From Eukaryota sp. GEM-RC1 (Eukaryota), in contig JAUFOQ010000004.1 in assembly GCA_040285855.1 (NCBI GenBank), forward strand, positions 2,418,001-2,482,000: DNA of 64,000 nt, in the 5' to 3' direction. Below are positions 12,602 to 26,695 of this stretch, piece after piece. The translations under genes were made by a program, and so were the position numbers. Numbering within the stretch: the stretch's first letter is position 1; each line of letters begins with the position of its first letter. The notes beneath the pieces are model-generated. The model made no database searches. It worked only from the letters and a program-made list of their open reading frames with translations, and was not told where the DNA came from.

Positions 12602-13286
12602 ATGTTTCTTTGTGCCATCTGTAAGATTAATGAGATTGGTTGTTCATTACTTTGTGGTCATTGCTTCTGTCCGAGTTGCTTAGCTGGTTGGATTGAAACA
12701 AATAACTTTTGTCCCGTCTGCCGTACTCCTGCAGACAGATCACACATAAGAAAAGTCTTTCTCCCCAGCGAGGAATCCCAAGAAGCTATTGAAGCTCCTA
12801 CCATCGACATCACCTCTTCTCCTCGCTTCCTCATACAACAACAACGTGATTGGATTCCCCTCCCCCGCCACGTCAGCAAACAACTCCTTGATAGCTATAC
12901 CAATGGTCAGCCGTCGCTGTCTATTGATCCTTGGTTCTACGACTTGATAATGCTCAAAAGAACTCACACCATGTCTTATTCGCAGCAACTTCTGAAGGTT
13001 GGTTATGATTATCCTAGTAACATTGACTGGCTTTTCTCTGTCCGATCTGGGTTCGAGCTGTGTCTATTTGATATGGCAGTTGAGTTGGAGAAACATTATT
13101 CAGAAGGAACTGAATCTTTTGAACTGGAAACGGGAATGTTCAAGTATAAAATCACTTTCAACTTTGGAAACAGGCAATCACTCTCAAGAAAATTTAGGTA
13201 CTGGTAGAACTCGTCGTCTCAAGAGAGAAGTTGACGAAGAAGTTCATGAGGAAGAAGTAGAAGAAGAAATGGAAGGTTCTGTTTAA
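12602..13286 (+). CDS. RING finger plus WWE-like domain protein (putative E3 ligase); frameshift at ~13165
   Basis: C3HC4 RING CAIC..LLCGHCFCPSC..W..CPVCR; two WWE-like repeats (W......F.L......ELEKHY..G......YKITF..Q.N..TG..RRL.R). Confidence 0.72.
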
Positions 13287-13814
13287 TTATTTAATCTATT
13301 TGTAATTTTTAAAATATTGCGTGTTGTTTTTTACGTCGATGTTTGGTTACTTTTTCTCATTTTGTTTTATTTACTTGTATGTATTTGAGAATGATCTTAA
13401 TCAAAAATTTACAAATGTTAAATCAAATGAATTACTGGTGTTCGGCATAAACCGCATTTCTTACAATATTTGAATAAAAAAACAATATTTAAATATTTGC
13501 TATTGAACTTCTACCTGTAGTTCTGTAAGGATCGTTCAATGGATAATACAAATGCAATCCCCATTTTTAGAACGATTCTCAGGGTCGTCCACGATGCTAT
13601 ATTGAACTAATGTTGAAGATCCACAGATCTCTATGGAATATGGAATAGCTACACAGTTAGAGCAATTATACGAAGTAGAAAGTCAACTAACCTATTACGA
13701 CAAGAAAGGAATAATCAAATGGATTGTGTATTCCGATAATGACGGACAGAAAATGTTCTAATAAAATACAGTATATGGTTTTTATTTTGAAATAGATTTT
13801 ATGTTATAAATTAA

Positions 13815-14150
13815 CGAAATACAAACAACTAGTACTTAAAAGATATTAAATGATCCACATCTACTCTTGAACTACCACGATACAATTTGTCCAGAATACG
13901 ATTCAAATACTTTGGGAAACTTCTATATAAGGAAAAAACAATGCGATTGCGCCAAAGAGACTGATTAAAATTATTCCAATGGTCACGGCACAACTTTGAA
14001 AATGCATCAAGAACTTTCAGCAGCAATTCCAATATTACCAAGAATTGAAATAGCAAAAGGAATGAACTTAAAAGAAGAATACAAATTGGAATTCAGTTTG
14101 ATCATTGTGTCAGAATATGTACTAATTTTTTCTTTTTTCAGCTTTGGATA
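13815..14150 (-). mobile_element. 3' RLE fragment of another LINE family
   Basis: FKFIPFAISILG and WRNRIVFSLYRSFP on the minus strand. Confidence 0.7.
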
Positions 14151-14463
14151 AATGGTTTTTATTTTGTTTTAATTATATTTATTCCACATTTATTTTTGGC
14201 ACTTTTTGATGTTCAAATTATTTTACATTATCTTATAGGAGGCCCTGGTCTAATCCGTATTTTTGTCACATGAATCTGCATTGAATATGCAAATATTAAG
14301 AATAAATAAGACTAAATACTGATAACTAAATATTGATACTAAAAATACCAAAAAAATACACAAATAAGGGCTTTGTATTAATACAAATACAAAATACACA
14401 GAATACAGGTATTCTGTATTTCCCATCTATGTTTTACACCAACAAACTAATCTAACTATAAGA

Positions 14464-17400
14464 CTATCCCAAAGACCGTACAAAATCAGCAAGCATCTCG
14501 TTTGAATCAACAATACTCTGAGGAATCATTGAAATCAACTGGAAACTGATCTCTTCTTCGTCTTTCAAAGTCCTCAACATTCTTCTGAAAACAAAAATAT
14601 AAAGACAAATAGCTACCAAAAGAACAAAATCAACAGTAGAACAGTGAACAATCGTTGAGTGGAGATCACTGAGTTGAGCTCTTCTTGATAGAGATCTAAA
14701 GAGTCTAAAGACAGTGACGTTAAACCTCGACCAACATTTACTAACTCTTGTATATACTCATTTTCAAAATCCCAGTAAATTCCTTCTTCTAGATTAACAA
14801 TTGAAGAACAAAGGATAATAAACTTGTTAACTAAAAAGTTTAATCCAAAATCTCCAGTAGTTGAGCTATTAAACTCATTGACGTTGAATCTTGTGTTGAA
14901 CAAAAGTTCGTTTTGAGGAGGATATCGACCTGCTGAAGCTTCTTGAATTTGAAACTTCGTTTGAAATAACAATGAATTATGAACATTTTGCAATTGGTCC
15001 AAGTTTCCGTCCAGTAATCTGATTGTAGCAACACGTGTTCTCGGAACAAACACAGCATCTAACACTTGTCCAAGGATTCTAAACACTAGAGTTACTCTAT
15101 ATCCACTCTCTTGAAGTTGAGTAGGCCATTGTTGTAAGCTACTAGTGTTGTACAAGCAAATTCCAAAGAACATAGATAGAGTTACACCTAGTAGAAGTAA
15201 AGAAAACGTACTCTGTCTGTTGAATTTTTTAATCATTACCAAATTGATTACCTGTTTGATATGATTGGCAGACTTCTTACGTGGAGAGCAGATAAAGATG
15301 AATAAAACCAAAAGAACCAAAGTAAGAAAGACAAGCGCAAAGACAAGATAACGGGAAAACAGGAAATGCAATGGAGATCTGAATGAATCTAAAGTATTTG
15401 AAAATTCTGAAAGTATATCAGTTGTAGGACCAGCGAGGTAATCATAATAACTAACTGCAATCACAGTGAAGAAGTCACGAGACATGATTAAAGTTCTTGC
15501 CAATTCCAATTTCTTATCAGCATCTCTATTGTTCATGTCAAAAGTTTTGTTAGTATAACGGTGGGAAATAGGCACTGAGCGTTGATTTAATCGGGTAATT
15601 GGATAATCAACTTCTTGAGTGACGTCCCAGTCGACTTCAATCAATTCTGATGTCACGTTAATTGGGTAATCAAATGCAGAACCAGAAAGAGTAAGTGAGA
15701 TCTCTTGAACGTGGAATAGGCGACCGTAAACGTCATCAATGGACTCAAACAGATCATCAACACGTTGCAACACATCATCAACCAAAGTGCCTCGCGTTTT
15801 TACTAAAATTTTAATATTTTCAACATTATCCTCCAATATTTTCCTATGAACCCAATAGTTTTGGTAAGCGTCCAAAGAACCCGCCGTAGCAAATCTATCA
15901 GCATTGTACCTAAAAGAAGTGTAGGAATGACGAGCTTCAAAGAAACCGTCGAGAAGATTCATGACGACTGTTGACGTGTCTCTGATTGACATCAACTCAG
16001 ATCGATGAAGAACGAAAAGAGAAAGAGCTGAAATCGAAATGAGAAGCGACAACACACAAGTAGCTATAAGAACACTCCTTAAAAGTGGTTTTCGATGTAA
16101 CTGTCGATGGAAATAAAACGGAACAAAAAGAAGTAAGATAAAGACGGCAGCAAAAAGACTGATATCCAACACCGATCTGATGTCAAGGAGAAATGGCGGG
16201 CAACATTGTCCTCAACATGTGCATCGAGTAAGTTCAAAACACTCCACTGATTTCGAGTTGATTGAAGTAATACGTCATTATAACGATCAGAACTGATTGT
16301 GGATCGGATTACTTTGAGCTTTTCCTCATCAGCAATCATTTGATCAGTTTCCAAGTCGGAATACCAATTATCGACATCGTTATAAACAATCTTATCATGT
16401 GAAAGTGTAGTTTCAGAATTCAAATCATAAGTAAATCCACCAAGTTCGTGTAATTCGTTGGAATTAAACTGATATACTTGTGCAGCCAACACTTGAGCAA
16501 TATTATCAAAATAAAGTAATCCATCACGGAAGACAGACGTATCACCAATCAGAGTTTTGATTTGATTAGAAACGTCATAATCGTAGAAAAGTGATTCAAT
16601 TAGAGTTTCACGGGCACCTGCATTTAGGAAGGACCAATAACTTTGATAGAAAAAGAGATCTCCCGAATTGACAAGACCAAATATTCTAGAAGTTAAAATA
16701 TAGTCGAGTACAATTAATTCCACCGCAGAATTTTCTAAATATTGACCAGAAGTCAATGCAGTAAGATATTCTTCGTGACTATTGGAAACTGAATTAAAAC
16801 TGAATAGTAGTGACAATGAGATTAAAATTAAAACAATGACAACAGTTAAGGGCACAAATTTAAAACGATATTTGACAGGCAAATCGTCATGAACATCGCC
16901 ATCAGATTTGATTGACACAGTAACTGAATCATCAGTTCTGGGCTCCTCTTCGACACTGTTTGATTGGTCTAATCGTGATTCATCAACGTCATTAGATTCA
17001 GAAATGTCCTCAAAATCAGGATCACGTTGGTGAGTACGACCGAAATTTTTAATTTTTACAGTCAATTCGGAAACAATTGAACGACACGTCACTGATGGCA
17101 CCCACAAAAATAAATTCAAAACTGCCTGTCGTTCCCATGAAATTTTTGAAATTACTCTATAAAATCCAAATAATGCAATAAAGAAGAGACAAACAACAGA
17201 AGAAATTAGAGAAATCAAGATAATTAACAAAGTATAATCAAAGAAACGTTGAGAAGAGTTCAAAATAGTTTCCCAAAGAACTGAACCACCAATATTTAAA
17301 GTCCTTCTATTGTCAGTTAAAAACCGGAAAAAACGATCTTGATCGACATCGACTTCACTATCAAAAGAAGAAATGAAATTAAACGCTGTGCTAGCAAAAG

Positions 17401-19853
17401 ATGATACCAGTTCCCAATAGTTGATAATGCTAGGTTCATTGATTGGAGGAGAAGTATTTCTGTAGAAAAAGGCAGTAATTGTTGGATTCCTAATAAAGTT
17501 ATTAATTAACTCGTCATTAATTCTATCTAGTGGCGCTTCGTTAACTCTCGGGCAGATAAAGGAACTGGTCGTAGTTAAAGCGTCAGCTGACATGAAGATT
17601 CTTCTGGCGTGGTAATTAATATGCTCTGCTGTTTCAACAATTTCTTTTCTATAATGAGGCTCTAAAGTAGAATTGTAAAAGATGGAGTACATTCTGGCTT
17701 CAACTATTGCTTTGTTAGACATCGCCAAGACGTGAGAACTTTCCAAGAGTTGTTGAGCTCTATTACCAACGTCATGCAACGTGTCAGAAAAGAACCAGAA
17801 AGAAATCAGGGAAACAATAAATAGTAGTCCAAAAGAGCCAAAAATCATACGTGATAAAACGGAAACTAAATCGTGGTGATCGTGATTCGAAGATGAGCTC
17901 AAATCAACTCCTTTTCTTCGTCTGGATCTACGTCTTTTTTTAGTAAAACTTGATTTGGAAAGCACTGAGCTCCTTTGTGATTGAGCATCAGATGATCCAG
18001 TCGATGATTGAAGCTCAAGACTTTCCATTATAGACCCTGCCAGCTCATCATCCATCTTGATATCTTTACAAAAGATAGCGTAGGCTAAAAGCAAGTCCTT
18101 GTGATCAGGAAAAGCACCAAGTAATGAAGCAAAGAGAGTATCAGCTTTAAGTTTCTGCACTCTGAGCTTGTCTGTAATCAAAGGGAGACGTGAGAGCTCT
18201 ACTCGTTCACTCAAGAGAACGTTCCAGAACTGAGAAAGAGCTTCTAAACAGTCCTGGTGAAGCTCCTTGACTTCTCGAAAATTCTTTTGAAACGTAATTG
18301 ATGACTTGGCATCGAGGTAGTCTTCCCCAGTATTAGACTTTCTTCGAAGAGCTTCAGAAGACTTTTGATAGAAGAACAATAGGTAACGTTGACGAAAAGT
18401 CAAGTCAACATCAAGATTATTAATCAAAGAATTCAATGATATATATGATAAATGGTTCTCCTTAATGAAGGTTTCGAAATTGCATTTAAACAGATAAGAA
18501 TCAACTGAATCAGGAAAGGTCACGATTCCATGTTCGATGACGTGATTGGCAACGTCAACTTGCTGAGCTTTACTTTTGTGGGGTTTTGGCTGCAAAAAGC
18601 GTGTTAACAACTCAATTTCAAACCAATACTTGACAGGAACATTCTCAACAGCACCAGAAACTTCATCTGCGGTGAGTGACACGTCATCAATTGAGCTGCT
18701 GACGTCATCAGTGTCAGAATCAACTTCAACTGAAACAGATTGATTGACTTGAGGTTTGACACGTTGCACTTTCGAACTAGAATTAACATAAGCTGCAGTT
18801 TTCTTAGAGTATTTGTCATAGACATTGGTGACTGACCAATAGAAAACAAGTCCAAGAATAGCAGAAGTTAATCCCCAAACAACAAGAACAATCAATCCAG
18901 ACTGTCTGTCAGATAATGAAAATTTAGCAGAAATTAAAATATTTGCCAATAAAGTGATTGATGACGCAGGCCATTGAGAAATCGAAAGACAAAAGTACTG
19001 ATTTGATTGCTTCTTGTAGAAAGGTATTGTTCTGATAAAGAGAACAGGAACGACGATGGAAGCCAAGATATAGAGAGATCGGAAGAGCCACACTCTAAAA
19101 GGAAACAAAAAGAAAGAGAAAACAATGACGTTTTTGGAAATAAAGAGCCAGAAGTGACTCAGAGAGGTAGATCGAGACCACAGTCTTTTTGATAGAGGTG
19201 ACACGTCAGCAGCGCACGTGTAGAAGACGAGAGTGATCAAAAAGAGGGCAACAATGACTACAGCAGAAACTATCTTGATAAGGATACCACCAATACTCCA
19301 ACAATCTTCAAGAGAGAAGAAGGGGTGGAAGAGTAAAGGAGGAGTGGAATCCAAGGGAAGACACGTGAGAGAGGAAGTAAGAACGGAAACAAGGGGGGAG
19401 GTAAAGAAGGGAACAGAAGAGTGTGATGAGAGCTTTGAGGATGAGTGAGCCGACGTTGTACTGTACCCCATCGCTGATAAAGATTACATACAGACAGAGT
19501 AAGGCGATGAAGCAAACCGAAGAGATGAGGATCGTGAAGTAAGAGGTCCAGGAGTAGATCTGGGAAGAAGCTACAGAGATGGGAATAGCGAGGAACTGAA
19601 CAACACGGAAATCGAACAAGGCGTCCCAATGTTTGATGTTGGAGACATTGATAATAACGCCACATAGCTGCAGTATTTCCAAGGTCGCCAGAAACAGGGC
19701 GAGAAAGTGGAAACGTGTGGTATCAAAGGATAGTCTCTTGATGAGGTGAAAGACTCGAACTTCGAGCTTCTGTGCATTAGTGATAGACCTATGTTGTAGC
19801 GCTGTTGAGTGAGAATGGGTTTCACTGTGAGTGCTTTGATGATTGTCTATCAT
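14464..19853 (-). CDS. Large multi-pass membrane protein, TmcB/TmcC-like (~1790 aa); frameshifts at ~19395, ~16170 and ~14620
   Basis: N-terminal transmembrane bundle; helical repeat FW..LL...V.L..L......K..A...F..LL..FP....LL..YA.F..DI..D; Ser/basic linker; repeated TM plus ERQAVLNLFLWVP and C-terminal L.MIP motifs; adjacent ORFs join across short indels. Confidence 0.65.
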
Positions 19854-20173
19854 GTTGACGATCAGGAAGAATTCTGTTTCAAGTGAGGGTGAGAGTCGAA
19901 AATTTTCCACCCGGATGCCACCCGGGTGGTTTTCAAACACTGGCTAGTGGTTCCCATTCCTGTGACTGCAACCAAACTGTCCTTAGACAAAAAAACAACT
20001 GTCAGGACATCACGAGGTGAGGCGTGTGCGCCAAAGTTGACAACTATACATGCTTATTGTATGTAATCATTGGTTGTTGTATTTTGAATGCTTCAGGTGT
20101 GATATGCTGGAAATAACAACATTGTTTTCGCCTTCGATTGTTCCCACACTGAAACATTTTGTTTGGTTGGGAT

Positions 20174-20802
20174 CATGGAACGCAAATGTTCCGTACCGTG
20201 GCGATTTTAGGCGTACCGTACCGTACCGTACGTGCGTACGTACAATACAGGTACCGGTACTGTTCTTTTGACCGACTAAAATAAGTATTACTATTTTTAA
20301 CATTATGATCCAATTTGATATTTTAACAGTTACCATCGTCATAAATTCTACCGTTAAACAATGCTCAGGATTTCAAAATTGTGATTGTCACACTTATTCA
20401 AATTTAGGGGACGTCATTTGCTGACTACAACTTCCCCAAAATGACATTTTTACGTAAGAAGCTCAGCAATCGCTCGCAATCAACAATAGTACTAACTTCT
20501 TCGAATCGCAATGCATTTATGAGTGCATACGACGGAATATATCAATGATAAAGGGCCCAAAAACCCACAGATTGGATTTCTAATCGATTATAAGTTGCAG
20601 AATTAAATTGTATTTAGTACAGTGTTTGACGAGGCAATAAACCTCCACTCCAAAAATGGTATTTGTAAATCCATTACGATTATTTATAAATAGGCTTTTA
20701 TTAAAATCAAATGACATCGGTACGGATAAAATAAATCGGTACGTACTGATCCGTACCGTACGGACAGTACGTACGGTACGTACCAAAGATTTGCGCACAT
20801 TG
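20174..20802. mobile_element. hAT-type MITE, copy 1
   Basis: Perfect 8-bp TSD GTTGGGAT (20166-20173 and 20803-20810); imperfect TIR; CGTAC-rich subterminal repeats; second copy at 55945-56527. Confidence 0.88.
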
Positions 20803-20919
20803 GTTGGGATTTCTTATTAACTTAACTAACTAGCTTTCCATTTGTCTAAATTTGCTGGGGTTGAATTGACACATGCAATAGTTTTTAGAAATCTGGACTG
20901 TCCAGAATTTTATAATAAA

Positions 20920-22530
20920 GCTGCTAATAAAGCTTTGGAGATGATTAGGGGAATTGTTTTAAAAACTATAAAAACGATCCGCTTCAACCATAACATATGA
21001 TCAAAACGTTTGTTCATCCAATTTTTAACGATTGTTCCGAAATCGTTTAAAAAATTCTATACACTTTTTCCTTAACGTCCATAAATTGGAAACAGCAAAG
21101 GGCATATTTCGTAATCAACATGTTTTACATGTTTTAAAGCAATCAATGGGTTCTTGTACTTATCCTGTTTTGCTTGTTCAGAAATGTCTAAAGGGGAAGT
21201 TTCAGAGTAAGCATTCTTTAAAGATGTCTTTTTACAAACATCCACTGACACTACATCAACAACAAACAATTTGTCTGAAGAAGAAGGGACAACAACAACA
21301 TCTGCTCTCCATTTACAAAAAAATTGGTTCTGTTTTTCGACATTACAATTATTACTTGGTTCTAAAGATCTTAGAAGTGGTTCAACAAATGACTCAATTT
21401 TGTAAGACTTACACATATCATGTATTTGATCTCTTACAGCATCATGCATACACGTTCGATAAGTTATGTAGCGATTACAACTCAACAAATGAGAAAACGT
21501 TAATTGTTTTCCACAGCTACATTGAAGATAATTTGGCAAATTATATGGCCATAAATAACAACGAAGTCTCATTGTAGTAGTCCATTTGATGATCATTCTA
21601 TAATAAACCATTCACTTGTGGAATGTGATTAATTAATGCCACAGCAGAACTCTCCTTTAAATCAATTAAGAAATTAGCGAAAGCTGGATTTTTTTCCTCA
21701 ACCGAGCTAAGACAGCCTGTGAAATCTAAACTTTCAAAATAATTGAATAAATGATTTTGTGCTTTTTTAAAACAAACTTTAAAGACAAAATGTTTCGACA
21801 TGGAATTTCTTTGATATGAGCAGGAAAGCAAGATGACCATAACTCAGGAGAAAGATTTCCTATTTCACCACGGAGATGATTAAGATAACAGCTGCAAGTA
21901 CTTTCAAGAAGAGAAGTTCTTGATGGATATCGATTACAAGACTACATTTATTCGAAAATACAAAAAAAGATGATCTAATAGTCAATGTCATCAAAACAAG
22001 ATTCCATCGAATCGAACCTTGTTGAAGCTTTGTCTTCATAAAACACACTTAGGGATAACAAAGCTTTTGAAATCATTGTGGGAACTGTCTTTAGAATCGT
22101 AAAGACAATTCGGTTCTGCCAAAAAGAACGATCAAATACTGTATGTTTTTAGTTCAAATTCATCAAGGAACTTCAAGGCCAATTTGCCTAATCTTCCATA
22201 TATGGAAATCGCAAATGGGACAAGTGAATATTCAACATGGACAATGTGTTTCAGGTCTTTCAAAGGATCAGCATACTTTCTTTGCTTGTTATTTTCAGCA
22301 ATGTCTAAAGGTGAGATTTCCTTTGTAACAAACTTGTTACCACTTTTTTTGCAAACATCCACTGAAACAACATCGATAACTGTCAGAGATTCAGAAGATG
22401 AAGGTATAATCAAGTCAGCACGTCTTTGCTCATAAGAATTTTCTTTTTGGAATGTTGATTGATGTCAAGAGATCTCAGCAAAGGTTCAATGAAGGATTCA
22501 ATTTTGTAAGATTTGCACATGGCATGTAGC
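20920..22530 (-). mobile_element. Cluster of degenerate RLE LINE fragments (family A' plus another family)
   Basis: TMRLRCYLWP..CSCG..HLLSC..HDAVRD..RADVVV; a second RLE has RADLIIP..IDVVSVD..E..K..KY. Confidence 0.85.
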
Positions 22531-22745
22531 TGATTACAAAACTCGAATACAAAATTCTTTCCACCAGGTAGGATTTACCCAGATTTAAGTGAATTAATAT
22601 GCAAAAGTATAAGAACCGAACCGTATACTCAACGTGATATGAAGCTGCTAATCTAGTGAAAGAGATGTGAACAACATTGTGAACATTTGACTGATCTGCT
22701 AATGTGAATTTCCACTGGTATTTTCCTTCCTTTTCATCACTTATC

Positions 22746-23678
22746 ATGTTTAAGGTCTTAGTTACTGGAGGCTTGGGTTTCATTGGTAGCTGTGTCGTGA
22801 GGTTACTTGTAGACCAACAACATTCAGTTGTCATCTTCGACAACGAATCAACAGGAGATAACTACTTTGAACATGAACTCGTCACTTTCATTAGAGGTGA
22901 TGTATCAGTTCCCAGTGATTTTGAGAAACTTCCTTCAGATATAACTCATGTAATTCACCTTGCTGCAGCCATTTCTGTCGCTGAATCAATGACTGATCCT
23001 GAGAAATACATGGGAATCAATGTTGAGGGTTCTAAACATGTGCTAAGTTGGGCTTTGAACAACAATGTTACCAAGTTAGCTTCAGCTTCTTCTGCAGCTG
23101 TTTATGGGGCCACACAACAACTTCCCATAAATGAAAGTGTTCCAACAGAACCTATTTCTCCATATGCTGAAAGTAAACTTCAAATGGAGTATTTACACAA
23201 AAGTTTCAACCAGCAAGGACTCCGATGTTCTTGTTTCCGCTTCTTTAATGTCTATGGTCCACGACAAAAGCCATCCAATCCATACTCTGGTGTTATATCG
23301 AAGTTCATGGAAATGGCTTTCTCCGGATCCCCTTTAACAATCTTCGGGGATGGGCTTGCTACTCGTGACTTCATCTCTGTGTTTGATATCAGCAATGCTT
23401 TGATCACCTATCTATTTAGTGATGTGAATGATTATGACGTTTACAATGTTGGAACTGAATCTGTCACATCAATTAATGACCTCGCTCGAATCTGTATCGA
23501 CATCACTCAATCAACTAGCACCATTAAGTACGGTCCTGAAAGAGACGGAGACATCAAGCATTCACTGTCAGATTCAGCCAAAATAAGAAGAGTTTTCGGG
23601 TGGTCACCTAAAGTTAAACTGTTTGATGGTTTGTCAGTGACTTATAAATGGTTTGTTGGAACTATTGAAGACAATTAA
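22746..23678 (+). CDS. NAD-dependent epimerase/dehydratase (extended SDR; UDP-glucose/GlcNAc 4-epimerase-like)
   Basis: TGGLGFIG, HLAA, SSAAVYG, YAESK (YxxxK), FRFFNVYGPRQ, IFGDG..TRDF; intronless. Confidence 0.92.
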   Translation: MFKVLVTGGLGFIGSCVVRLLVDQQHSVVIFDNESTGDNYFEHELVTFIRGDVSVPSDFEKLPSDITHVIHLAAAISVAESMTDPEKYMGINVEGSKHVLSWALNNNVTKLASASSAAVYGATQQLPINESVPTEPISPYAESKLQMEYLHKSFNQQGLRCSCFRFFNVYGPRQKPSNPYSGVISKFMEMAFSGSPLTIFGDGLATRDFISVFDISNALITYLFSDVNDYDVYNVGTESVTSINDLARICIDITQSTSTIKYGPERDGDIKHSLSDSAKIRRVFGWSPKVKLFDGLSVTYKWFVGTIEDN

Positions 23679-23797
23679 TGACTAATAAACTATTAGTTAT
23701 TTAAAGTCAATTGGTATTTATTATAACCACATTTCAATCTCTAAAAGATCTTCAATTAACTTCAATTTCAAATTTACAAAAAAACCACACAATAATT

Positions 23798-25092
23798 TTA
23801 ACAATTCATTTGTTTCTTTGATGTACTAATTCTTTCTGGTAAACATTCCCGATTCCTTAACAAAAGAAATGGATGATCAAGTAATTCAGCAGCTGAAGGT
23901 CGTTTGGTAGATTCAATGGCAAGACATCTGTTAATGAAATCCTTGCAAGAAGACGAAATACTAAGATCTTTAGGTAATGTGATACCTTCCGTAGCAATAA
24001 CAAAAATAGCTCTCAATGGAGGTAAGTCAAAGTAAGGTGGATGTGATGTGAGGCATTCGTAACACAGGACACCTAAAGACCAGATATCTGTAGCAACATT
24101 GTAATTAGAAGAAGTTATTACTTCGGGTGACATCCAATAATATCTAAAGTGAGAAAATTTAAAATATTTAAAACACACGTGCCCACTGTAGAACTTCGAG
24201 ATTGCTCTTCTGCCGTTAATTGAATGCAAAATCCAAAGTCTCCTAATTTAGCCATTCCATCACACGTCAACATCACGTTATCGCTCTTCAAATCACGATG
24301 TAACCGATGCTTTGAGTGCAGAGAGTCTAGCGCCAGCAGTATATCATAAGCAATCGCAGCGAGAGCTTCTTCAGGGAGAGGACCAGAAGAGGAGAGGACA
24401 TTGGCTAATGAACCTCCTTCAAGATACTCCATGACTAACCAAAGCTGCCTAGTCTCTTTGAGAAGGTAAGATTGGAAGTACTTAACAATGTGATCATTAA
24501 CTGAAGTTCTAGCCATGGCTATTTCATTCTTTAAAGCCTCAATGTCAAGGTTAGGAGTGATACTAAGAGTTTTAATAGCAACAGTGTGACCAGTAGACTT
24601 CTCTAAAGCAGAAAACACAGACCCATTTCCTCCCTGTCCAATTTGAGAAGTAATTGTGTACAAAGGCCGTGGATCCTTGGGAGAGATTTTTGAAGCCTTC
24701 TTTAGTGCTTCCTGTGTGTCTGCTGCTGTAGGAAGTGGAGCTAAGGGGCGAGGGTGGGGTGTGGTTTGAAAAGATAGACATTTGATAAGAGCATCTGGAA
24801 ACTTGTGCTGACGTTCTTCGTCAATACCAGAGGCTAACAGAAGTTGTTTCCACTCATCAGGAAGTCCTACAAACTGTTTCTTGTTTATGTCGTATGTTAC
24901 ATGAATTTTACGTTCGAATCCACGGGGCTCAGAGATTGTACGAGAACTAGGAGATGAACGACCAGTTAAATCTAGTTGACGTTGAAGTTCAACAGGAAGA
25001 CCTAAAAGTTCACCGTTGGAATCAACAGATACATGTACAGTTCGCTGGAAGTTCGAAGGAGTGGAAATGTTGGAAGTAGATCTGCAATGCAT
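23798..25092 (-). CDS. PAK/STE20-family Ser/Thr kinase with two CRIB motifs; 35-nt intron at 24144-24178
   Basis: ISTPSNFQRTVHV and ISEPRGFERKIHV; GQGGNG, VAIK, HRDLKSDN, DFG; splicing restores VGTYYWMSPE; DIWSLG. Confidence 0.92.
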
Positions 25093-25369
25093 TGAGTGAA
25101 TTTGGAAATGGAAATTTCTTCAACAATGTAAATGAACGATTTTTCCTTATATGTATTTAGTAAGAGCCGTTACATGTACCGCTGTGACTTAGAATTAAGC
25201 GAATTCGTTATAGTTCTATAGAAAAACAAAATAGATTTCCTTTTCCGGCAGTAATCCTTAATTCAAACTAATTGGTTAAAGAGATTACATATTGAAACAT
25301 AATGCCCTTGAAATTTGCTTTGAAGGATCTCCAACAGCATACATTCAAATATATTGAAAGTTTAAATTT

Positions 25370-26695
25370 TACAGTTCGTCTTAGTTTCGTCTAGGGAAAC
25401 TGAGCCAGCTTTCGCTAATTTTTTAGTGATTAAAAATTTAATTTGTGTATTAATTAATCAAATCCCACAAGTATACAGTATGGTTTATTATAATATGATC
25501 ATCAATGGGCCACAACGATGTGTCTTCGTGGCTATTTGTGGCCATACAATTTGCGTGTGAGTATGAACTGTATGAGACCATAATACCGACGAAATTGAAT
25601 CCTTGGTTGAATCACTTCCATAAAACAATTGTGATGATGAAAAACAGAATCAATTTTCATCTTCCAAGAGCAGAGAAGACTTCATCAAATATTTTGGAAA
25701 TTGATCTTGAATTACAAGGATCAACAGTCGTGAAATCCATGATAATTTCCTGACAGGATAACCAAGGACCAATCAAATCACCACGACTTCTATCAACTTT
25801 TGGCTGATCAGAAAGATTAGCAAGACTTCAAAGGTATGGTGACTTCTGTATCTAGCGCTTTATTATCTCTTGGCAGACATTATGAGGATAAAGTAGGTGA
25901 GAATTTCCAGATAGGCAATCTGGACTTTGAGGATATTGATTATTAGATGTATGTACACTGTAGTGTTGTTGTCAATAAAAATTAAAAAAAAAGTAGGTTG
26001 TATTTCGTTAATTTATAACATAAAACTTTTAAACTTTTCTACTTGTGTGTGTGGTTCTTCTTTAGCCTCTTTCCATCATGTGGTCAACTGTCATAAGTTT
26101 ATTCATTTAAGATCAATTATTCATAACAGTTTACGTGATCAATGTTTAGAATTGTTTAAGAGCAATGGTTTTCATGGGAAAATTGAACCAGTTTTAAATA
26201 GTTTGTCTGACTCAATTATGAGAGATAAGAGCAGAGGTGATTTGATTGATCCTTGGTTGTCCTCTCAAGAAATAATTATGGACTTTACTACTGTTGATCC
26301 TTGTACCTCAACTTCTGTTAACAAAATTTTAGACGAAAACTATTCAGCTCTTGAAACTGCTGAAAGGAAAAAATTAAATCGTTATGGCGAATTAATTTCC
26401 AAGATGAATTCTCGCCGACACAATCCTTTTGTTTTCCATCCTTTTGCTATTTCTCTTTATGGAACGTTTGGTTGCTTCGGTCAACAATTTCTCACAGATT
26501 GTGTAAGCAGTATGGAAAGAATTTTAGTGAAAGTTACTGGAGAGGAAGGTTGTCGTTTTCCCTTTCAAAGTATTTTGATTCGATTTTGAACCGTCTCTTT
26601 GCATTGAGACATGAATTTGAGATGATGTAGAAATAATTGTATCTCATTTGTTAATATTGATGATAGTTTGTATTTGTAAGAATATATAAAAGGCG
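25370..26695. mobile_element. Mosaic of LINE fragments (A'-like, inverted family D piece, family E 3' end, family B 3' half)
   Basis: 25690-25824 matches 46270-46405; 25830-25950 matches the family E 3' end; 26040-26695 encodes CVCG..HVVNC, HNSLRD, RGDL, MDFT. Confidence 0.85.

Noticed and set aside
20050..20798. Short ORFs with RTVRTV-like repeats
   Set aside because: Translations of MITE CGTAC subterminal repeats, not genes.
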